Shown piece by piece: positions 57,530-64,000 of a DNA stretch of 64,000 bases. The notes beneath the pieces were generated by a model that saw only the letters and a program-made list of their open reading frames with translations, made no database searches and was not told the DNA's origin. The stretch's first letter is position 1. Each line of letters opens with the position of its first letter. The position numbers and the translations under genes were made by a program. The stretch comes from Bacteroidota bacterium (GTDB lineage: Bacteria > Bacteroidota > Ignavibacteria > UBA10030 > UBA8401): positions 1,223,131 to 1,287,130 of the forward strand of contig JBBAAO010000001.1 in the NCBI GenBank assembly GCA_041658205.1. The letters run 5' to 3'.

Positions 57530-58040
57530 ATACGTTTTTATGGTGATTTGCAAAAAGAAGTGTCTGCACCAATATTGCAAGGAAGATTAATAACGGCCAA
57601 CCGACGACGATCCACATCCAACCGATTGAAATTGCGATTATTAATAGAACGATAGAAACAATTAATGAAATGAGATCAAACGATTTCGTGATAATGATTG
57701 TATTTGCAGATACGAATATTGATAAAACAAGGATAAATATTGGGATGGTGAACTCGAACGGTGAGGAAAAAATCGCAAGATATACTACCGCAACAAGTAT
57801 CAACGAAAGCCAGCTTCTTCGAAGTCCATTGGTAAAGATAATTTTATAATTTCTCCAATACGGCATTCCTTTTTCGCCATTATTTATTTTGCTGATCAGT
57901 TCGATTAAAAAACCGTTGAGCATAATTATTCCTATGCCAAACGGAATCAGCAAAAAATAAAAACCGCCAACAAGAACTTTATTGAACCATTCGTTGTCGG
58001 AAAAGATATAAGTAAATGCGTCGGTGAGTTTTTTTATCAT
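57528..58040 (-). CDS. Polytopic membrane protein of unknown function (DUF4013-like by memory)
   Basis: 170 aa with 4-5 TM helices. The N-terminus is 'FTYIFSDNEWFNKVLVGGFYFLL...GFLIELI...MPYW'. Confidence 0.55.
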   Translation of the reverse strand: MIKKLTDAFTYIFSDNEWFNKVLVGGFYFLLIPFGIGIIMLNGFLIELISKINNGEKGMPYWRNYKIIFTNGLRRSWLSLILVAVVYLAIFSSPFEFTIPIFILVLSIFVSANTIIITKSFDLISLIVSIVLLIIAISIGWMWIVVGWPLLIFLAILVQTLLFANHHKNV

Positions 58041-58096
58041 TTCTGTTCAGTCTTATGGAGCTTATCTTTTATAAGCAAGTTTATCAGGCTAAGATA

Positions 58097-58978
58097 TTAT
58101 TTTGGAATACGACGTCCATATTGGTTGGAATTGGCTTTCCGCTCGATATAACCGTACGCTTCTTTTGAAATGGTTGTAATTATTGTTCCGCCATCTTTAT
58201 CATTCAATAACATTTTTGTCATAACACAAATGATGTAAGGATTTCCTTCCAAAAACACAATTCCTACATCACATTTAACACCTTCAATGTCGCCCGCTTT
58301 GTCGGCGATAAGGACTGAAGAAGGCAAACCGCTTTTTAGAGGTCCCTCTTTTTCTAGTTTCATAATCGAAAGCATATCGTCGCAAGCTTGTTTTGAAACG
58401 ATTTCGCCACGGTACATCTTTTCCAGAATGATCAAAAAATCGTTTGGCGAGCTGATATTCTCCCGTCCTTCTTTTGCGGATTGAACATCCATCATGATGC
58501 GCTGGAGTTTTGTGGAAGAACTGCCATTCTTTTGTGCAACATCATTAACATTTTTCATACCAACAAGGTCAATCAAAAAATTAGTTGCGGTATTGTCGCT
58601 TAGATTCATCATCAACACACAATAATCTCGGATTGACATTGAGACAGATTTATCTCCCAGCATGGAAAGGACTCCGCTGCCGGCAACACGAGCAGATGGG
58701 GGAAGTGGTCTGATGTCGGTCAGTTTGAATTTCCCTTCGGATGCCTGGCGATACACTTCGGTAAGGATAAATATTTTGATTGAACTGGCAGTAGGGAAAA
58801 TCTCTTTTTCGTTAATCAAAATTTGTTCGCCGGTTTTAAGATCCTTTATGGCCACACCGACAATTGCTTCAGATTGATCGGCGATCATTTTGACCTTATT
58901 GAAAAATTTCTGGTGAAGAAGATCTTCCTGTGCAAATAGGAATTGAGTGACAAGAAAGAAAAAGAGGAAGGAACGCAT
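58097..58978 (-). CDS. Class A beta-lactamase-like serine hydrolase
   Basis: It has a signal peptide. 'ASSIK' is the SxxK motif and 'LSDNTA' is the SDN motif. 'EGREN' fits an ExxxN omega-loop and 'DKAGD' is a K(T/S)G-like motif. Confidence 0.78.
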   Translation of the reverse strand: MRSFLFFFLVTQFLFAQEDLLHQKFFNKVKMIADQSEAIVGVAIKDLKTGEQILINEKEIFPTASSIKIFILTEVYRQASEGKFKLTDIRPLPPSARVAGSGVLSMLGDKSVSMSIRDYCVLMMNLSDNTATNFLIDLVGMKNVNDVAQKNGSSSTKLQRIMMDVQSAKEGRENISSPNDFLIILEKMYRGEIVSKQACDDMLSIMKLEKEGPLKSGLPSSVLIADKAGDIEGVKCDVGIVFLEGNPYIICVMTKMLLNDKDGGTIITTISKEAYGYIERKANSNQYGRRIPK

Positions 58979-59083
58979 AAGAAATCCTTGAATATTACTT
59001 TATACTAAAGAAAGATTGGACGAAATTCAAGGAAATGGACAGAGTGCCGTAGTATTTAATCACTTCGGAAGTTGTGGAAATGA

Positions 59084-61156
59084 TTACTTCACTAACAGCA
59101 TCCGTTTTGTTTCGGAAAAAATTCCTGATTGCAATCGATAGAAATACAAACCGCTCGGAACATTCTTCGCATCCCAAGTAACTTTGTATGTTCCAGGATC
59201 GAGGTGATTGTCGACGAGCGTCGCAATTTTACGGCCAAGAAGGTCAAATATATACAGTTGAGCATTATGTTTTTGTACTGGAATAGACTGAGTTCCTGAA
59301 ATTGTAAAAGTAATAGTCGTTTTGGGATTGAATGGATTGGGATAATTTTGTAGAAGCATGAAATACTGTGGAGCGATATTTTCTTTTTCTACACTCTCAA
59401 TTAAACAATCATAACACCATTGTGAATACAAAGTGGGATATTGGCTACCAAATTCAACCTCCTTTGTAAAATTATTTATATCAATCGGCGTCATCATAAA
59501 GTGATTAATCATATACCCATATTTGCCGGCTTCATTGTCATATCCTCGAATTCCAAATTTATATTCAATGATATTTTTTGAAGTTTTTAACGAATCTGCG
59601 AATAACATGAACTGCCGAGTATAAATTCTATCGTTAATAAATTTATCACCATGAGTTCCATCGTCATACATGGTTCTGGATGTATCATTATAGAGAGCAT
59701 CACCCCACGGGAGCCATCCTTTTGTGTCAAATCCAACTCCATTGATAGAAACTCCATAGAGATAAACACTGTCCGCCTGTGTAATGTTGAAATATTTAGC
59801 AGATACCAAGGATGAAAATAGCGTATCCTTTCTGGTAGAGAGTTGGTAATATGCCGGTTGCAAATTACATGTTACAGTCAACAGCATATTCTGTTGAATA
59901 TTTTTTCCAATAAACCAAACTGGCTGGCGCCGGCTTTCAGAAGAACTTTTTGCAGTATCGAGAATTGAAATGAACTGTTTGTGATCGTTATTTAATTGAT
60001 ACGTGAGCGAGCGTAATTTTCTTACTGTAATATCAGAAGTGCTTTCGAAAAGAGAAAAGTTATAGTATTGTTCAAAAATTTCATTTCCATTTTTTGATTG
60101 AACATAACGATATAAAATACTACGCGAAGGCGCACCCATGAGAACAAAAATTGTATCAGTTGTTTCATACTGATTTGATTGACCCATTTTGATCAGTAAT
60201 GATTTTTTAATTTTATTTGCAGATCCCGAATGCCCGCTTGAAACAAGAATTGAATCGCCTTGCGCGTACATATAATTTTTTATTGCAGTTGACAAATCGA
60301 TTCGAAAATGGACAATAAATGTATCAAGAGGATAAGGTTTTGGACAATAACGATTTGACCAATATTTATATGCAAGGGTAGTATCACTCATAGAAGTTTT
60401 GTACCGAAACGTTCTATTCGATCGGTCTCCTTCATCTTCACATTGAGAATTGGAAATATCTTCCCATTGAGCGGGATTATTTGCCGCCAAATCGGAGCTA
60501 TTGTGTCGCACAAATAAGTAATGTATGATAGAATCTGAGACAGTTCTTGGAAATCGTACAACAGTGCTCCAAAAATGTCCGCCGTTATATTCTCTGCTTG
60601 TTGGATTTATGTGTTGATTCTCTCTCTCTAAAAATATGGAATTTGCCCAATTGAGAGGGGGAGTTCCGCCGCGAAGTCCAAGTTTCTCCGTAGCAGGATT
60701 GAAATCTTCTCTTTCTTGCATATTTACTCTGAAGAGAACCTCAATGGAGTCGGTCTCAGTGTACGGTCTCCAATATTGATTTGTATCTTGAACTGATCCA
60801 AAGACATATTGTAACGGAAGCGTAGTATCCTTCATCCCAACGATCAATGTTCTTGATGGTGAACCTTCCAATCCGAAAAATTTATTTCTTCCGCCATTAA
60901 CGAAAAATTTATATTCAATAGTATCCTGTGGAGTAAATTGTACTGTCGCTTTCCAATAATCTCCAGCGATTCTCATACAGATTACCGGAGAAGTGGAGTC
61001 CTGCGTTAATGGCGATTTATCACCTCGAATTTGAACAAATGCTGCGCTGCGGATGGTATCGGGAACAGTGGCAGTGTTTACCAAAAATGTTACATTAACT
61101 TTCTGGGCTGCAACAAAGAATGGAAAAAGGAAAAGTAAAGAAAATAGTCTTTTCAT
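59084..61156 (-). CDS. T9SS-secreted protein of unknown function
   Basis: The signal peptide is MKRLFSLLFLFPFFVAAQ. Repeated beta-sandwich-like segments begin with '...VNVTFLVNTATVPD' and '...IEVLFRVNMQ'. The tail is 'LLQNYPNPFNPKTTITF...GLYFYRLQSGIFSETKRMLLVK'. Confidence 0.72.
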   Translation of the reverse strand: MKRLFSLLFLFPFFVAAQKVNVTFLVNTATVPDTIRSAAFVQIRGDKSPLTQDSTSPVICMRIAGDYWKATVQFTPQDTIEYKFFVNGGRNKFFGLEGSPSRTLIVGMKDTTLPLQYVFGSVQDTNQYWRPYTETDSIEVLFRVNMQEREDFNPATEKLGLRGGTPPLNWANSIFLERENQHINPTSREYNGGHFWSTVVRFPRTVSDSIIHYLFVRHNSSDLAANNPAQWEDISNSQCEDEGDRSNRTFRYKTSMSDTTLAYKYWSNRYCPKPYPLDTFIVHFRIDLSTAIKNYMYAQGDSILVSSGHSGSANKIKKSLLIKMGQSNQYETTDTIFVLMGAPSRSILYRYVQSKNGNEIFEQYYNFSLFESTSDITVRKLRSLTYQLNNDHKQFISILDTAKSSSESRRQPVWFIGKNIQQNMLLTVTCNLQPAYYQLSTRKDTLFSSLVSAKYFNITQADSVYLYGVSINGVGFDTKGWLPWGDALYNDTSRTMYDDGTHGDKFINDRIYTRQFMLFADSLKTSKNIIEYKFGIRGYDNEAGKYGYMINHFMMTPIDINNFTKEVEFGSQYPTLYSQWCYDCLIESVEKENIAPQYFMLLQNYPNPFNPKTTITFTISGTQSIPVQKHNAQLYIFDLLGRKIATLVDNHLDPGTYKVTWDAKNVPSGLYFYRLQSGIFSETKRMLLVK

Positions 61157-61318
61157 GATTGCACGGAATTGTTTTAGACTTTGACAATGTAGTTGTTATT
61201 GTAAAGAACAGCAAGACGACCTAATTTACTGAGTTGAGTATATGAACAAATCATCAATAAAGCAGGATTGTCCCGCGTTGCTAATCATATCCATTTTTTC
61301 TATTTTCCATAACGGACG

Positions 61319-62215
61319 ATGAAACATTACAACCCACAGACTATAACGCTTCAACGACTTCTCGTACTTCATTCTGATTACGTGAATGACCTCCAACGGA
61401 GAAATCCCGAAACTCGCGGAACGTATGAACGAACGCTCCGGGAGTTTATGCGTTGGGTCCGTTTAGAGCCCGAACTTGAATGTTCAGCAAAGGAAATCGA
61501 GCGCTATAAAAAATTCCTTTTAACGAAACGAAAACTTTCTCCGGTTTCTGTTACGATGTATCTCTCATCCGTTCGAAAATTCTTTGATTTTCTGGTTGGA
61601 CGTGGAGTGTTGATCAGCAATCCTGCAAAACAGGTTAAAGGCGGAGCGCAGAATCAGCAACATTCTAGAAAGAGTATTTCTGTTCAAGAAGTGCAGGCGT
61701 TGATTCAGGCAATCGAACGGAAAGATGAAATTGGATTCAGGGATTTTGCCGTGGTAAAATTGATGATCAGTTACGGCTTATCGGAGATTGAATTGATCCG
61801 GGCGGATATTGGAGATATCAAGATAAAAAAAGGGGTGATGTCGATTGCACTGCAATTGAAAGGGATGAAATCGAAAGAAAGAACGATCACACTTCCTACA
61901 GACACAAAAGATGCCATCAAGAGCTACCTTGCTTTCCGAACAAATGCAGAGAATAGTGAACCGCTCTTTATGAGTGCGGGGAATCGGACCCGAGGTCAAC
62001 GGATGACCTCAAGAGGAATTCGAGAGCGGATCAATTTTTATTTGGAAAAAGCTGGCATTAAGAATGGCGAGACGAGAAAAATAACTGCGCTTTCGCTTCG
62101 ATTAACGGCCATTAAACTAATGTCTCAACAAGGCGCTAGTATAGAAGAGATTAAAAAGAAATTTCATATCATAAAAGAGTTGACAGTGCGGAGGTATATT
62201 GAAAATGAAAATTAA
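61319..62215 (+). CDS. Tyrosine recombinase/integrase-like protein with an atypical active site
   Basis: It has an N-terminal SAM-like domain ('TRGTYERTLREFMRW', 'SVTMYLSSVRKFFDFL') and a C-terminal catalytic-domain layout ending in 'FHIIKELTVRRYIE'. See the findings for the substitutions. Confidence 0.72.
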   Translation: MKHYNPQTITLQRLLVLHSDYVNDLQRRNPETRGTYERTLREFMRWVRLEPELECSAKEIERYKKFLLTKRKLSPVSVTMYLSSVRKFFDFLVGRGVLISNPAKQVKGGAQNQQHSRKSISVQEVQALIQAIERKDEIGFRDFAVVKLMISYGLSEIELIRADIGDIKIKKGVMSIALQLKGMKSKERTITLPTDTKDAIKSYLAFRTNAENSEPLFMSAGNRTRGQRMTSRGIRERINFYLEKAGIKNGETRKITALSLRLTAIKLMSQQGASIEEIKKKFHIIKELTVRRYIENEN

Positions 62216-62294
62216 AATCGGTTTGAAAAACAATAATACCACAAAAAACCTGATTCTAAATTCAGATTCTTCATTCCGCTTCGAAGGACTTAGA

Positions 62295-62744
62295 ATGACA
62301 AGCCTTTCATTTTTTAGTTTACTGATCACTTTGTTCTTAGGATGTGGTTCTTCCAAACCGGATTTTCCGACTCCAGACAAAGCAATTACTTGGTTGATTT
62401 ATGAAGGAACTCTGCCGTGCAATGATTGCAGTGAAATCAAGACGCAATTAGAGTTGAAAATTTCCACCGATGGAACGACATCACCATTTATTATCAAACA
62501 GGCGTTTATCGAGACGAAAGAGGGAGACCAGGCAGTGATTGATCATGGTCAGTATAGTCTCCTCAAGGGTACATACCGCGAGAAAGATGCTGTGATATAC
62601 AATCTTCAGTTTAATAAAGAGAACAAACGAACCTATTTTCTTCGCATCACCGAAGATACATTATTAATGCTTGACCAGGCAATGAAAGAAATTGTTTCAG
62701 ATCAAAATTACAAACTTATACTCACAGGGAAAAAAGAAGAGTAA
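62295..62744 (+). CDS. NlpE N-terminal-domain-like lipoprotein
   Basis: The lipobox is 'LITLFLGC' in MTSLSFFSLLITLFLGCGSS. 'YEGTLPCNDCSEIKTQLEL' resembles the NlpE/CutF CxxC region. The start at 62295 is preferred over the overlapping 62199. Confidence 0.62.
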   Translation: MTSLSFFSLLITLFLGCGSSKPDFPTPDKAITWLIYEGTLPCNDCSEIKTQLELKISTDGTTSPFIIKQAFIETKEGDQAVIDHGQYSLLKGTYREKDAVIYNLQFNKENKRTYFLRITEDTLLMLDQAMKEIVSDQNYKLILTGKKEE

Positions 62745-62798
62745 AAGGACAAATTCCAAAAAACCAAATTTCAATTATTTTAGACTGAAATCCGATCA

Positions 62799-64000
62799 AT
62801 GAGTTATCAATTTATCGACATCGAAAAAAAGTGGCAAGAGTACTGGGAAAAACACCAAACGTACAAAACGGTTGAAGATCCTTCCAAGAAAAAATTATTT
62901 GTACTCGATATGTTTCCTTATCCCAGTGGGGCAGGATTACATGTGGGTCATCCGGAAGGATACACAGCAACGGATATTTTCACACGATTTCAGCGATTGA
63001 ATGGAGTGAACGTTCTCCATCCGATGGGATGGGATGCATTTGGTCTACCGGCTGAGCGGTATGCAATGCAGACAAACATTCATCCTACGGTTACAACTGA
63101 AGAGAACATCAATAACTTCCGCCGACAAATTAAAATGCTTGGACTGAGTTATGATTGGGAACGTGAAGTTAATACAACCGATCCTGGTTATTATAAATGG
63201 ACTCAATGGATTTTCTTAAAGATCTATGATTCATGGTTCGATTTCCGTGCGAAAAAGGCACGACCGATCTCAGAACTCATTGCTGAATTTGAACAATATG
63301 GTTGTTCCAAAATAGACTGCACCTTGTATTGCGGAAATAACGATTGCTGTTTTAATGCTCAAGGTTGGAAAGCAATGAGCGTTTTGGAACAACAGAAGGT
63401 CTTAAAGGATTTCAGACTTGCTTACATCGCAGAAATTCCTGTCAACTGGTGCGAAAAATTAGGGACAGTGTTAGCGAACGAAGAAGTTGATGAGTGGGTG
63501 GAAAAAGGATACAGCGTTGAACGTCGTCCCATGAAACAATGGATGATGCGGATTACTGCGTATTGCGAACGGCTGTTGGAAGATGCAGCATCGCTGGATT
63601 GGCCTGCTTCAACCGTTGAAATGCAAAAAAATTGGATTGGGCGTTCCGAAGGTGCTGAAGTTGATTTTAAGATTGCGAACAGTTCGGAGAACGTTCGAAT
63701 CTTTACCACTCGACCGGATACGATTTTTGGTGCTACCTATATGGTTCTTGCACCGGAACATCCGCTTGTTGATTCGGTGACGATTGCAGCGCAGCAAAAT
63801 GAAGTCGCTGAATATCGTAAACAAGCCACTCTCAAATCCGAACTTGATCGAGGAATGGATAAAAATAAGAGTGGAGTGTTCACCGGTGGATATGCTGTAA
63901 ATCCAGCCAACGGGAAACAGATTCCAATATGGATTGCCGATTATGTTTTAATGGGATACGGTTTTGGTGCGATTATGGCTGTTCCTGCGCATGATGAACG
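62799..64000 (+). CDS. leuS: Leucine--tRNA ligase (5' portion; continues beyond the window)
   Basis: ATG at 62799. It reads '[23 protein letters not shown]...[23 protein letters not shown]' (HIGH motif), and the frame is open to the window end. It is absent from the ORF track because no stop lies in the window. Confidence 0.95.
   Translation, partial: MSYQFIDIEKKWQEYWEKHQTYKTVEDPSKKKLFVLDMFPYPSGAGLHVGHPEGYTATDIFTRFQRLNGVNVLHPMGWDAFGLPAERYAMQTNIHPTVTTEENINNFRRQIKMLGLSYDWEREVNTTDPGYYKWTQWIFLKIYDSWFDFRAKKARPISELIAEFEQYGCSKIDCTLYCGNNDCCFNAQGWKAMSVLEQQKVLKDFRLAYIAEIPVNWCEKLGTVLANEEVDEWVEKGYSVERRPMKQWMMRITAYCERLLEDAASLDWPASTVEMQKNWIGRSEGAEVDFKIANSSENVRIFTTRPDTIFGATYMVLAPEHPLVDSVTIAAQQNEVAEYRKQATLKSELDRGMDKNKSGVFTGGYAVNPANGKQIPIWIADYVLMGYGFGAIMAVPAHDE

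Noticed and set aside
62199-62294. 32-codon N-terminal extension of the NlpE-like lipoprotein
   Set aside because: It overlaps the integrase-like gene's 3' end and precedes a perfect lipoprotein signal peptide that starts at the ATG at 62295.

Overview
This is an AT-rich bacterial chromosomal window that is almost entirely coding, with about 60 genes. Most of it is conserved housekeeping. It holds proS, an aldehyde dehydrogenase, dnaE-trxA, aspS, an AtuA-like pair and prfB, which carries the classical +1 programmed frameshift. It also holds lolC/E-lolC/E-lolD, a perfect CIRCE operator in front of groES-groEL, argH, and the minus-strand run prs-ctc-pth-rpsF-rpsR-rplI. A pgsA-pgpA-cinA-recA-recX operon, trmH, one tRNA-Arg(CCT) and the 5' part of leuS (cut by the window end) complete the core set. 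Five proteins end in the 'NYPNPFNP' type IX secretion (T9SS) C-terminal sorting domain. Together with frequent Shine-Dalgarno sites, this suggests an Ignavibacteria-like member of the FCB group; that assignment is inference only. The less ordinary content is as follows. (1) A pilC-like/pilB-like pair is followed by three small membrane-anchored proteins that lack a canonical prepilin leader. (2) Two RAYT-type (REP-associated Y1/HUH transposase-like) genes each sit among their own family of GC-rich palindromes. One gene carries a perfect 27-nt palindrome that is codon-aligned inside its own coding sequence. The other is a pseudogene. (3) A tyrosine-recombinase-like gene appears to have substitutions at two catalytic positions. 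(4) Two different peptidoglycan amidases are fused to T9SS sorting domains. (5) A 1060-aa T9SS cargo carries two HKD (phospholipase D/nuclease) motifs. I saw no CRISPR array, rRNA, prophage or recognisable defence island. I cannot point to a clear-cut new multi-gene system. The pilus-like module and the RAYT/palindrome loci are the best candidates for follow-up. All domain calls come from motif recognition by eye, with no database search.
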